Shown: one piece after another, positions 16,825-25,530 of the stretch
How the letters are laid out: each line of letters opens with the position of its first letter
Position numbering within the stretch: position 1 is the first letter of the stretch
From: a virus
Taxonomy: Duplodnaviria > Caudoviricetes
Length of the DNA: 34,330 bases
Strand: one strand, 5' to 3'
IMG/VR virus record: IMGVR_UViG_3300006118_000024
Location: 1-34,330 of that record
Translations under genes and position numbers: made by a program
Notes under the pieces: model-generated
The model's input: only the letters and a program-made list of their open reading frames with translations
What the model was told of the DNA's origin: nothing
Database searches by the model: none

Positions 16825-16952
16825 TCTAATCATATAACCAGTATCCCGCGCCCATTTCAATTGGGCATGACCCCTGTGTGAGCGAGAGCCCCAACTGACT
16901 ACCCCCCAAAAAAAAATACACATTTTGGTTTATATGAATTATTATTCTTCAC

Positions 16953-17660
16953 ATGGCAGATAAAGATTTGATAAATGCGTTAAAGACGCAATTGGGTGTT
17001 AATGTTGCTGGAAGTGCTTATCCTTATGATGGAAGCATGGCAGCAGACATATTTTCGCCTACTGGAAGGTATAAAGATACTTCTGGTGTCAAACAAATCA
17101 ATTACGATAAAGGTGATGGAGAATACGGTTCTTATTCAAATAAAAAGCCTGGTGAAGTAAATTTAAGTCCAGAAATGTTGGAATGGGCTAAAGGTCAAAA
17201 ACTTGGTTATACACCAGCAGAAACATTTGTTCACGAGCATCAACACTTATTAGATAATGAAAGAAAAGAACAAGACCCAAGATTTAGGGGAACTCCTTTA
17301 GGAGAATTATCTATAGATGATTTAAACAAAGGAAGTAAAGCTATTGGAGATTCTTATGATAAATATAAAGACAAATATAATTTATCAGACGATTTTACAG
17401 GTCGTGGATTTTATCCAGAGTTAGCGCGTATTCAATCTAAACTTCCTGCTGGTAAAAACATATTTGACACAGATATTGGTAAAGATTTATTAAAAGCAAT
17501 ACCTCAATTAAAGACATTATTTTATCAAGTAACAACACCAATCAAAGGAACAGAGATGCACGCTCCTGGTCATGCTGGAGAAACAAATGTTCCAATCAAT
17601 CAAGACAAGTCAATTCTTGAATTAATACAAAACTACATAAGAAACAAAACTGCATACTGA
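16953..17660 (+). CDS. Stand-alone HExxH (zincin-like) protein, 235 aa
   Basis: G.Y.......V.L beta strands followed by ETFVHEHQHLLD; has its own terminator. Confidence 0.65.
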   Translation: MADKDLINALKTQLGVNVAGSAYPYDGSMAADIFSPTGRYKDTSGVKQINYDKGDGEYGSYSNKKPGEVNLSPEMLEWAKGQKLGYTPAETFVHEHQHLLDNERKEQDPRFRGTPLGELSIDDLNKGSKAIGDSYDKYKDKYNLSDDFTGRGFYPELARIQSKLPAGKNIFDTDIGKDLLKAIPQLKTLFYQVTTPIKGTEMHAPGHAGETNVPINQDKSILELIQNYIRNKTAY

Positions 17661-17680
17661 ACCCCGAAAGGGGTTTTTTT
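17660..17680 (+). terminator. Intrinsic terminator
   Basis: AACCCC-GAAA-GGGGTT TTTTT immediately after the stop codon. Confidence 0.9.
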
Positions 17681-17691
17681 ACGACTATTGT

Positions 17692-17720
17692 TTTACTTTT
17701 AAATAAATATAATTTATTAT
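17692..17720 (+). promoter_or_regulatory. Sigma70-type promoter for the packaging operon
   Basis: TTTACT, 17 nt, TATTAT upstream of the AGGAG RBS of 17746. Confidence 0.55.
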
Positions 17721-17745
17721 GTTAGTCGTGTATTAGGAGATTACG

Positions 17746-17958
17746 ATGATAGAGATTACTAAGAAAGTACCATTACCAGATATGAAAAGTAAGAACGTAT
17801 ATCCATACGATGATATGGAAGTTGAGGATAGCTTCTATGTGGAAGGCGTGAGTTCGCAGAATATCTGCAATTGTAATTACAAGCGTAACAAGCTGGGTGA
17901 TAAGAAGTTCACCGTTAGGAAAGAAGGCAATGGATTTAGGGTGTGGAGAATTAAGTAA
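17746..17958 (+). CDS. Small putative DNA-binding protein
   Basis: YPY..MEV.DSF.V ... F.VRK...GFRVWR pattern; AGGAG RBS. Confidence 0.75.
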   Translation: MIEITKKVPLPDMKSKNVYPYDDMEVEDSFYVEGVSSQNICNCNYKRNKLGDKKFTVRKEGNGFRVWRIK

Positions 17959-18103
17959 TAAGACTAATGCTTCTAACGACTATGTGGTTGTTGGAAATGT
18001 TATCTATTTGCTCCACAAAGATGTAAAGCCTGGTCTTCCAGACCATTCAATGTTCGAAGAAACGACACTACGGGGGATGTATGTCATTAGAGACGAAGAC
18101 TAA
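17930..18103 (+). CDS. Hypothetical protein (start uncertain)
   Basis: Only frame filling the 17958-18081 gap; ATG at 17930. Confidence 0.4.
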   Translation: MDLGCGELSNKTNASNDYVVVGNVIYLLHKDVKPGLPDHSMFEETTLRGMYVIRDED

Positions 18104-18353
18104 AGACGAAGCATTAAAATTAGCAATTGAAGCAATGGAATATCCAATAAAAGAAAGAGAAGTTTTATTTGATGCAGATAAATCAGAATTATTATTAGTT
18201 AGAGCAATAAATACCTGTAAAGAAGCATTAAATCATCAATGGCAAGAATTAACGGATGATGATGTCCAAGCAATGTGGAAATTTTATGAAGGCAAATATT
18301 ATGATTTTTATACTGCTATTGAACAAGCATTAAAGGAAAAGAATGGACTTTAG
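18081..18353 (+). CDS. Hypothetical phage protein
   Basis: KDEALKLAIEA and WQELTDDD...AIEQALKEKN motifs recalled from small phage proteins. Confidence 0.75.
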   Translation: MSLETKTKDEALKLAIEAMEYPIKEREVLFDADKSELLLVRAINTCKEALNHQWQELTDDDVQAMWKFYEGKYYDFYTAIEQALKEKNGL

Positions 18354-18513
18354 ACCCGCTACGGTTGATGAAGCCGTAGAATCAATTATGCGGTGTTTGC
18401 GTAAAGAGTCACGCAAAGAACAACTGTCTTTCTTTAAAGACCATAACGGCGAAGCCTTTGCAGAAGAAGTAAAGCGCCTTGTAGAAGCCAAATTTAAAAA
18501 GAAAACTAAATGA
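18343..18513 (+). CDS. Hypothetical 56-aa protein directly upstream of TerL (not in ORF track)
   Basis: AAGGA RBS; MDFRPATVDEAVESIMRCLRKESRKEQL...KKKTK; ATGA overlap with TerL. Confidence 0.7.
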   Translation: MDFRPATVDEAVESIMRCLRKESRKEQLSFFKDHNGEAFAEEVKRLVEAKFKKKTK

Positions 18514-20279
18514 AATTCAATCTCCAAGAGTTCTACAAGTTTTGTTCTGAGTTAAAGATTGAAACCAAGGAAAAAGGCTTGGTTAAGATGGGCAACCTAC
18601 TCGGCACACAAACCTATGTGATGGATGAAATATCCAAGGGGTTAGCCGAAGACATACATTTCTTTGTTATCTTAAAGGGACGGCAGCTCGGTATCACGAC
18701 TATCAGCTTGGCGCTTGACTTGTATTGGCATTTCAAAAATGCTGGTCTGAATGGGACGCTCACTACAGACACAGAGGAGAATAGAGATATGTTTCGCTCT
18801 ACGCTCGCAATGTATATGGAGGGCTTGCCAAAAGAATACCGTATTCCTATCCTGGTTCATAATCGTAATCAATTGGGCTTGCGTAATAGAAGCCGTCTAT
18901 TCTACCAAGTCGCTGGCTTACGCGCTAAAGGCTCGCTAGGGCGAGGCAAAGGGATAACCTTTCTACACGGGACAGAAACAAGCTCATGGGGAGATGAAGA
19001 AGGCTTGGCATCATTATTGGCTTCTCTTGCTGAAACCAATCCTAATCGTCTGTATATCTTTGAGTCCACTGCCCGTGGCTTCAATATGTTCCATGATATG
19101 TATGTCACTGCTAAACGCGCCCGTACACAACGGGCTATCTTCTGCGGATGGTGGCGCAATGAGTTTTATTCTGCTGACCCCGACAGTGATATTTACAAAG
19201 TGTATTGGGATGGCAAGCTCACTGGCGAGGAGAAGGAGTGGGTTAAAGACATTAAGAAACTTTACAACATAGATATTAACTCAAGACAGATGGCGTGGTG
19301 GCGGTGGAAAATGATAGAGGGTATCAAGGATGATGCCTTGATGTATCAAGAGTTTCCTCCGACAGAAGACTACGCCTTCGTGATGACAGGGACTTCTTAC
19401 TTCTCAAATGCGAAAAATACAGATGCGTATAAGATTGCAAAAAAGATTAACTATGATTGTTATAGATACAGCATGGGGGCAAACTTCCAGGACACGACAG
19501 TTCTACAGTCAACTGAGAGGCTCGCCACGCTTAAGGTCTGGGAAGAACCAATTGATACTGCCTATTACGTTATTGGCGCTGACCCTGCCTATGGGTCTTC
19601 TGATTGGGCTGATAGGTTTTGTATCCAGGTCTTCCGATGCTATGCTGATGGCTTGGAGCAAGTGGCTGAGTTCGCAACTTCTGAAATGAATACTTACCAG
19701 TTTGCTTGGGTGATTGCTCACTTGGCTGGTGCTTACAAAAACTCTACACTTAACCTTGAAGTCAATGGTCCAGGGCAAGCCGTCATCAATGAGCTAAAGA
19801 ATTTGAAACGCCAAGCGGTTTCAATGGGCGGCGCAATGGGTAAAGACTTGATGGACGTTTACGGACACATGCAAAATTATATCTGGCGCAGAAACGATAC
19901 GATGGGCGGTATGTCCAATTCAATTGGATGGCTGACCACACATCAAAGTAAAGAGCGTATGCTTTCATACATGAAAGATTATTTTGAGCGTGACATGATG
20001 GGTATTTATTCTTTAGACACACTGGAGGAAATGAAAACCATTGTGCGTGACGGCGGTTCTATTGAAGCGTCTGGTCGCAATAAAGATGACAGAGTAATTG
20101 CAGCAGCTTTAGCTTGTGCTGCGTTTGCAGAACAACTACAGCCGCGTTTGATTGCTCAAAAAATAACTAAACACGTTTCACGCTCTCAAGATGAACAGCC
20201 AACAGACCAGATTGCAATTGGTCGAAATGTTGCTAACTACTTGAAAAATATAGGTGTTTATGGGCAAAACAATTCTTAA
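18510..20279 (+). CDS. terL: Terminase large subunit
   Basis: Walker A LKGRQLGITT, Walker B FLHGTE, coupling motif ESTARG, nuclease motifs IGADPA, EVNGPG, DDRV. Confidence 0.93.
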   Translation: MKFNLQEFYKFCSELKIETKEKGLVKMGNLLGTQTYVMDEISKGLAEDIHFFVILKGRQLGITTISLALDLYWHFKNAGLNGTLTTDTEENRDMFRSTLAMYMEGLPKEYRIPILVHNRNQLGLRNRSRLFYQVAGLRAKGSLGRGKGITFLHGTETSSWGDEEGLASLLASLAETNPNRLYIFESTARGFNMFHDMYVTAKRARTQRAIFCGWWRNEFYSADPDSDIYKVYWDGKLTGEEKEWVKDIKKLYNIDINSRQMAWWRWKMIEGIKDDALMYQEFPPTEDYAFVMTGTSYFSNAKNTDAYKIAKKINYDCYRYSMGANFQDTTVLQSTERLATLKVWEEPIDTAYYVIGADPAYGSSDWADRFCIQVFRCYADGLEQVAEFATSEMNTYQFAWVIAHLAGAYKNSTLNLEVNGPGQAVINELKNLKRQAVSMGGAMGKDLMDVYGHMQNYIWRRNDTMGGMSNSIGWLTTHQSKERMLSYMKDYFERDMMGIYSLDTLEEMKTIVRDGGSIEASGRNKDDRVIAAALACAAFAEQLQPRLIAQKITKHVSRSQDEQPTDQIAIGRNVANYLKNIGVYGQNNS

Positions 20280-20652
20280 ACGAGATTTGATGCGGATAAT
20301 GAAGCGGTTTATTGAAGACAAGAACCGTGGCATTAGTCTTAACCTTTTTGCTGAACTGTGTGGAATACACAAGGATAGTTTGCAAAAAATATTCATAGAC
20401 GAGGAATATCCGCTTACTGAATATATGCAGATTAGAATTTCAAAGGGTTATGAGGCGTGGCGGCGTGGTAGCGTAGCCATCATGCAGAACAGAGATACGT
20501 CCAAATTTGTAGAGTATCGCAAAGAGGACAAACCGCGATTAACTCGCGGGTATGGTATCCAGTTTGTCAACGGAAAGCCTACTCTAAACATTGGGGTTCG
20601 TAACCGTAATGATTATTCTGGTTTAGATATAGACGAACAATTGAGGGGATAA
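20260..20652 (+). CDS. Putative HTH DNA-binding protein
   Basis: GISLNLFAELCGIHKDSLQKIF resembles a helix-turn-helix. Confidence 0.55.
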   Translation: MGKTILKRDLMRIMKRFIEDKNRGISLNLFAELCGIHKDSLQKIFIDEEYPLTEYMQIRISKGYEAWRRGSVAIMQNRDTSKFVEYRKEDKPRLTRGYGIQFVNGKPTLNIGVRNRNDYSGLDIDEQLRG

Positions 20653-20653
20653 C

Positions 20654-21157
20654 ATGGCAGCACTACACGATTTTAAATGCGCGAAACACGGTTACTTTGA
20701 AAGCAGAGTAGCTAAATGCCCGATGAAGGGATGCGAGGAGGAAGTATTGAAGGTTTACTTGCAAGCGCCAGGAATTAAGACTGACCGCACTAAAAAAGCG
20801 GATGCAACGCTAAAAGGTTTAGCGCAAGACTTCAATATGACAAACATCAAGTCAACGCGCGAAGGCGAGCATCAAGCTGGATACTTCCAGCAAAATAAAA
20901 TCCTAACGCCAGAACAACGTGAGGAACTTGAAAGATACGAAGCACAACAACCGCAAGAAGCAAAACCAAGAGATGCTGCAATTTGGGGTGGCGGATTTAA
21001 AGGAGTTGATTTAAACTCTGTCATAGCAGGACGATATGCTATGCCTGTTGCTGATGAACCAGTGGGGATTAAACCGCAGGATGCAGGAAACTTGACAGGA
21101 CCAAAAGCCGCAAGTTATATTGCAGACCATGAAAACTTGAGTATAAAATCAGAATGA
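20654..21157 (+). CDS. Zinc-ribbon (FmdB-like N-terminus) protein
   Basis: HDFKCAKHGYFE....KCP..GC....KVY..AP motif. Confidence 0.65.
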   Translation: MAALHDFKCAKHGYFESRVAKCPMKGCEEEVLKVYLQAPGIKTDRTKKADATLKGLAQDFNMTNIKSTREGEHQAGYFQQNKILTPEQREELERYEAQQPQEAKPRDAAIWGGGFKGVDLNSVIAGRYAMPVADEPVGIKPQDAGNLTGPKAASYIADHENLSIKSE

Positions 21158-22779
21158 GAATACCTACCAAGCCAGAGGAAAGAGAATTTTTCTATAAGGA
21201 GCTAATTCAGAAATGTTTAGTTTCGGCACAGACGCGTAGGGCTGATTACTCTACTCTACGTTCTTGGTATTTGTTTGGTGCTGGTGTGGATGAACCGCCA
21301 GCAATCTTTAATAAAATTTATCCACATACAGACCAGTTATCTAGTTTTCTTTATAGCGCTGAAACTACGCGCTTTTCAATTAATCTTGGTGCTTCAGTTA
21401 ATCCAATGGAGCATCAAAAAACTCCATCACTTACTCACGCACTTAATGATGAATGGCTTAACTCTAATGCTGACCAAGTATTCTCTACAGCATTAAACTG
21501 GGCTTTAACATACAACAGCACGTTCATTAAACTTGTTGTAAACAATGGCATCCATCCATACATGGTTGACCCAGGCTCAATGGGCGTACTAAGAGAAGAC
21601 GCGCCATACACTGACAGACAAGAAGCAATTGTTCAAACGTATTACATCACTAAGTCAGAATTATATTCACGTTTATATTCACATCCTAAACGCGAAGAAA
21701 TCATTAAACGCATTACTACTAGCGGATATAAAGAATCTACAGACCAGCCTAATGGGGTTGACCGTATTCTTATGTCGCAATCAAATCCAACAATTTACGG
21801 TAACGTAAACTTAGATTTAGGAGGAACTAACCGTTATAAGGCTGAAGTAGCCGAAGAAACAGTAGAAATGCGCGAATTATGGGTATGGAATGACGAAACA
21901 ATGGATTATCAGTGCGTAACCATCGCAAATCCTAGTGTAGTCATTTATGACCGTGAAGGTGGCTCATTATTCCTAAAAGGAGAGCTTCCTTTCATTCAAA
22001 TCTGTCCAAATCCACAATATGACTATTATTGGGGACAATCTGAGGTTCAACGCTTAGTTTTACTTCAAGAATTACGCAATAAGCGTATGGGTGAGATTTT
22101 AGAGTTACTTGCTAAACAAGTTAATCCTCCAACAGCCTTAACTGGCTTCAGTGGTATCTTAGATGAAAAGAATTTTGCGCTTAATCGTCCTGGTGGTTTG
22201 CTTTCAACTGATATGCCAAACGCAAAAGCTGACAGACTTGCTCCAGAAATGCCAGCAGACTTATACGAAACAATCCATGAGATTGACGCTATGTTTGCGG
22301 AAATGTCTGGCATAAGTAATGTGCTTTCTGGTCGTGGTGAAGCAGGGGTACGTTCACAAGGACACGCATCACAACTTGCTCGTCTAGGTTCTAGCCGTGC
22401 TAAAAAACGTGCGCTTGTTGTTGAAGACGCTTTAGAGAAAGTAGCAACGCTTTACTTGAAGCTGATGCAAGCCTATGATGATACTCACTTTAAAGATGTT
22501 GAAGGTCGCCCGTTTATTGCGGAACAATTTACAAAAGATTTTGTTGTGAAAGTGGATGCACACTCTAACAGCCCAATCTTTACAGAAGACTTAAGACAAC
22601 TTGCATTTAATCTATTTAAAGCGCAAGCTATCGACAAAGAATCATTGCTTGACTTGCTTGAACCGCCAATGAAACAATTGTTGAAAGACAAGCTAAAGAT
22701 AGCGGAAGCTAAAGCAGCTCAACAGCCGCAGCAGCAAAAGCCACAAGGCAAAGAAGCAAAATTAGAAGGAGCTGAATAA
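21154..22779 (+). CDS. Portal protein
   Basis: 541 aa downstream of TerL; LPF....P...YYWGQS.VQ.L..LQ..RN, NPP, SG.S....G and Gln-rich tail typical of podovirus portals. Confidence 0.85.
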   Translation: MRIPTKPEEREFFYKELIQKCLVSAQTRRADYSTLRSWYLFGAGVDEPPAIFNKIYPHTDQLSSFLYSAETTRFSINLGASVNPMEHQKTPSLTHALNDEWLNSNADQVFSTALNWALTYNSTFIKLVVNNGIHPYMVDPGSMGVLREDAPYTDRQEAIVQTYYITKSELYSRLYSHPKREEIIKRITTSGYKESTDQPNGVDRILMSQSNPTIYGNVNLDLGGTNRYKAEVAEETVEMRELWVWNDETMDYQCVTIANPSVVIYDREGGSLFLKGELPFIQICPNPQYDYYWGQSEVQRLVLLQELRNKRMGEILELLAKQVNPPTALTGFSGILDEKNFALNRPGGLLSTDMPNAKADRLAPEMPADLYETIHEIDAMFAEMSGISNVLSGRGEAGVRSQGHASQLARLGSSRAKKRALVVEDALEKVATLYLKLMQAYDDTHFKDVEGRPFIAEQFTKDFVVKVDAHSNSPIFTEDLRQLAFNLFKAQAIDKESLLDLLEPPMKQLLKDKLKIAEAKAAQQPQQQKPQGKEAKLEGAE

Positions 22780-22931
22780 TGCAAGGAACAATCGCACCAA
22801 AAGCAGACCAACCAAAAGTTTCCGCTAGGGACTTGAAAGCATTGGACGCTCCTGCTAATCTGCAATACAGAGCATCGGGGATTAAAACATTTAATCAGCG
22901 CAGCCCTTCAGCAAGGCAAGCAAGGAGGTAG
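22779..22931 (+). CDS. 50-aa basic protein (not in ORF track)
   Basis: AAGGAG RBS and TAATG coupling to portal; MQGTIAPKADQPKVSARDLK...SPSARQARR. Confidence 0.75.
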   Translation: MQGTIAPKADQPKVSARDLKALDAPANLQYRASGIKTFNQRSPSARQARR

Positions 22932-22932
22932 T

Positions 22933-22980
22933 ATGTCTGGTCGCAAATACGGTAAGAAAAGTCGCAAAGCTCGTAGATAA
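22933..22980 (+). CDS. 15-aa Arg/Lys-rich micropeptide MSGRKYGKKSRKARR
   Basis: AAGGAGGT RBS; starts 1 nt after the upstream stop; similar to 23056..23100. Confidence 0.65.
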   Translation: MSGRKYGKKSRKARR

Positions 22981-23055
22981 GTTTTTGTCGCAAGGCAAAA
23001 AAGGGGTGTGTGGCTCTCCCATAAAATGAGTTACATAACTTGCTAGGAGATAATC

Positions 23056-23100
23056 ATGGCTCGTGGTCGTAAACATAAAGGTCGTAAAGCACGTAAGTAA
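23056..23100 (+). CDS. 14-aa Arg/Lys-rich micropeptide MARGRKHKGRKARK
   Basis: AGGAG RBS 6 nt upstream; highly expressed-type codons (CGT, GGT, AAA). Confidence 0.7.
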   Translation: MARGRKHKGRKARK

Positions 23101-23180
23101 TTGAGGGAGGAAACTCCTAAAATTACTTCAGCTCAGACTGAAACCTCCCTTGGGGGTGGGAAGCAAAATATTACCCCTAC

Positions 23181-23209
23181 TTGACACTTATTTTTAATTG
23201 GTGTATTTA
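23181..23209 (+). promoter_or_regulatory. Possible promoter for the capsid genes
   Basis: TTGACA, 17 nt, TATTTA. Confidence 0.45.
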
Positions 23210-23231
23210 TTACACAAAATTATTTTAGGAT

Positions 23232-23720
23232 TTGGATATGAGCGTACCTTCAGACAAATTAATGGAACTAATGAAAGGCGGAGCGCCTGGCGCTGATGCT
23301 GGTGATACTCCTGCTTCTGCTGGTATGTCAGATAACGCATCTCCTCCAATGTCTTCTCCAATGTCCACACCAGAACCAAAAATGGGCAGCAAAGAAGCTG
23401 CAATGGTTAATCTATCAATGGCGATGGATTTAATTGAACAAACACTTCCTGCTCTTGGCAGTGAGTCAGACGAAGGTCAAAAAGCGTTGCAAGCACTCAA
23501 GAGCTTGACAGGCATTATTGGTCAGAAAAAAGGCAAGACAAATGAATTGCAGCAATCTGAGATTTTACAGATGCTACAAAGTTTACCCCAAGCTGGTGGC
23601 GCTACTCCAGAGGGTAAAGCAATTGCTCAAGCGCCAGTAATTCCAGGAATGACTCCTGGCGGCGGTGGTACTCCTCCAGGCGTTCCACCAAGCGCACCAC
23701 CTTCACCCCCACAAATGTAA
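23232..23720 (+). CDS. Head-module protein with Pro/Gly-rich disordered ends (start 23232 or 23238)
   Basis: Between portal and capsid; helical core. Confidence 0.7.
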   Translation: MDMSVPSDKLMELMKGGAPGADAGDTPASAGMSDNASPPMSSPMSTPEPKMGSKEAAMVNLSMAMDLIEQTLPALGSESDEGQKALQALKSLTGIIGQKKGKTNELQQSEILQMLQSLPQAGGATPEGKAIAQAPVIPGMTPGGGGTPPGVPPSAPPSPPQM

Positions 23721-23732
23721 AAGGAAATAATC

Positions 23733-23918
23733 ATGGACTTATTCAAACCACGCGGTTCAGCAGCAATCAGAAATCCATTAACTGATAACCAACAAAACGG
23801 TCAAATCACTAACCCACCACGTTATGCACATCTTGGCGGTTTAGATAGCGCTCGTAAAGGTGCTAACCAAAACAAAATGACTATCGTTCCACCAGGTAAC
23901 GGTAAACGAGTTATTTAA
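23733..23918 (+). CDS. Small head-module protein, 61 aa
   Basis: AAGGA RBS; in operon. Confidence 0.75.
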   Translation: MDLFKPRGSAAIRNPLTDNQQNGQITNPPRYAHLGGLDSARKGANQNKMTIVPPGNGKRVI

Positions 23919-23935
23919 TAACTTAGGGGATAAAA

Positions 23936-24466
23936 ATGTCTTTAGAAGATTTAAGTTTTGAAGCAAGAGATGAACTTGCTGCTTTAGCTAAACAACTCGC
24001 TGAGAATCCTGCTACTCGCAAGGATTTTTTGCGTATGACAAAGCAAGTGAAGCCAGAAATGCCAATTCCAGAATTGGACATTGAAGACTACACACGAAAA
24101 GAAGTAGGCAAATCTAATGAACGTGTCGAACATTTAGAAGCCAAGTTACGTGAGAGAGATGCTTTAGACAAACTTAAAGAACGTCGTCAAAGTCTTTTGC
24201 GTGATGGTTTAGTAGCCAACGAAGAAGAAATTGATGAAGTAGAAAAAGTAATGTTGGAAAAAAATATTGCTGACCATAAAACGGCGGCTGAATATTTTGC
24301 GTGGATGAAACAATCTGCTGTTCCAACACCAACTGGTTACAATCCAAGCGCTATGAGCAAGTTTAACTTGAATGATTATTGGAAAAATCCAGTACAAGGC
24401 GCTCGGAATGAGGCAGCAAAAGCACTGAATGACTTGCGTAAACCACGCAAACCTATCGGTCTTTAA
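23936..24466 (+). CDS. Probable capsid scaffolding protein
   Basis: Charged coiled-coil protein immediately upstream of the major capsid gene. Confidence 0.7.
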   Translation: MSLEDLSFEARDELAALAKQLAENPATRKDFLRMTKQVKPEMPIPELDIEDYTRKEVGKSNERVEHLEAKLRERDALDKLKERRQSLLRDGLVANEEEIDEVEKVMLEKNIADHKTAAEYFAWMKQSAVPTPTGYNPSAMSKFNLNDYWKNPVQGARNEAAKALNDLRKPRKPIGL

Positions 24467-24507
24467 AGTAGTAAATAGGGGATATTTTTTGGTAAATCGG
24501 AGATAAT

Positions 24508-25518
24508 ATGGCTATTGGTGGCGGTATTCTTCCAGCTTCAGGTACATCGCAATATAACGAACTGACCTACGTCACCCGTAGGGCTTTTATCCCAAAGCTG
24601 GTCGTACAACTTTATAACAGCACTCCTTTGTTAGCAGCGTTGATTGCAAACAGTCAATCTGCAACGGGCGGTGTTTCTCAAGTAACTGTTCCTGTTCAAG
24701 GTTCACAATTCGTAAATGCTCAGTGGTCTGACTACTCTGGTTCATTCAACCAGCCAGCAGTTCAACAAGGCGCTTACAATGCTGAATTTAACTTGAAGCT
24801 AATGATTGCACCTGTACCATTCCTCGGTATGGAAGGTGTAGTGCAACAAGACCACGCTGTCATTCCATTGATTGAAGCTCGTATGAACGATGCTACAAAC
24901 GTGATGATGGACGGTATGGCTACTGCGTTGTATAACAATACAACTAACACGCAACAATTCATCGGCTTGCCTGGTGCGATTGATGACGGCACAACATTAG
25001 CAACATACGGTAACATTAACCGTTCAACATACGGCTGGTGGAAGTCTAAAGTATATGCGGCTGGTTCAACTAACCCAACTCGTCAAAACGTATTGCAATA
25101 CATTTCTGGTACTGTTAAAAACGGTGCTGAAGTGCCTTCATTCGGTGTTTGCGGTTTTGGTACTTGGACATTGTTAGCACAAGACTTTGTTGGTCAAGAG
25201 CAATACGTTATCACTCCTGGTAGTGGTTTCAGTGGCGATGCAAACGGTCCTCAAGCTGCGTTCCGCGCATTGATGGTTGCTGGTGTGCCAATCTATCCAG
25301 ACCCATATTGCCCAGAAGGTACTCTATACTTCATTAACACAAACTACTTGTCATTGTATATCCATGACCAAGGTTCATTTGTGTTTACAGGTTTTGAGTC
25401 AACACTTCCTAACTGGCAAATTGGTTATGTAGGTGCTGTATTGATGATTGCTGAGTTAGTAAATACTAAACCAAAAGCAATGACCAAAGTCACTGGCTAT
25501 AATTCATTAACTATTTAA
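24508..25518 (+). CDS. Major capsid protein (HK97 fold)
   Basis: 336 aa; strongest codon bias; G....YGNINRSTY.WW, GVPIY.D..CP.G.LYFINT.YL motifs; position in the head module. Confidence 0.88.
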   Translation: MAIGGGILPASGTSQYNELTYVTRRAFIPKLVVQLYNSTPLLAALIANSQSATGGVSQVTVPVQGSQFVNAQWSDYSGSFNQPAVQQGAYNAEFNLKLMIAPVPFLGMEGVVQQDHAVIPLIEARMNDATNVMMDGMATALYNNTTNTQQFIGLPGAIDDGTTLATYGNINRSTYGWWKSKVYAAGSTNPTRQNVLQYISGTVKNGAEVPSFGVCGFGTWTLLAQDFVGQEQYVITPGSGFSGDANGPQAAFRALMVAGVPIYPDPYCPEGTLYFINTNYLSLYIHDQGSFVFTGFESTLPNWQIGYVGAVLMIAELVNTKPKAMTKVTGYNSLTI

Positions 25519-25530
25519 GGAGAATAAGTC

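Noticed and set aside
16560-16830. CRISPR-like or satellite array
   Set aside because: The repeats are only 8-10 bp, with no regular repeat-spacer structure.
18940-18990. Terminase Walker B lacking Asp (LHGTE)
   Set aside because: hHx[ST]E Walker B variants are known in functional terminases, so this is not evidence of inactivation.
22891-23076. Minus-strand 61-aa ORF
   Set aside because: It is antisense to the late operon; the + strand micro-ORFs have far better RBSs and coupling.
22933-23100. True homology of the MSGR.../MAR... peptides to histone H4/H2A/H3 tails
   Set aside because: The peptides are too short and low in complexity to infer homology; I treat the likeness as compositional only.
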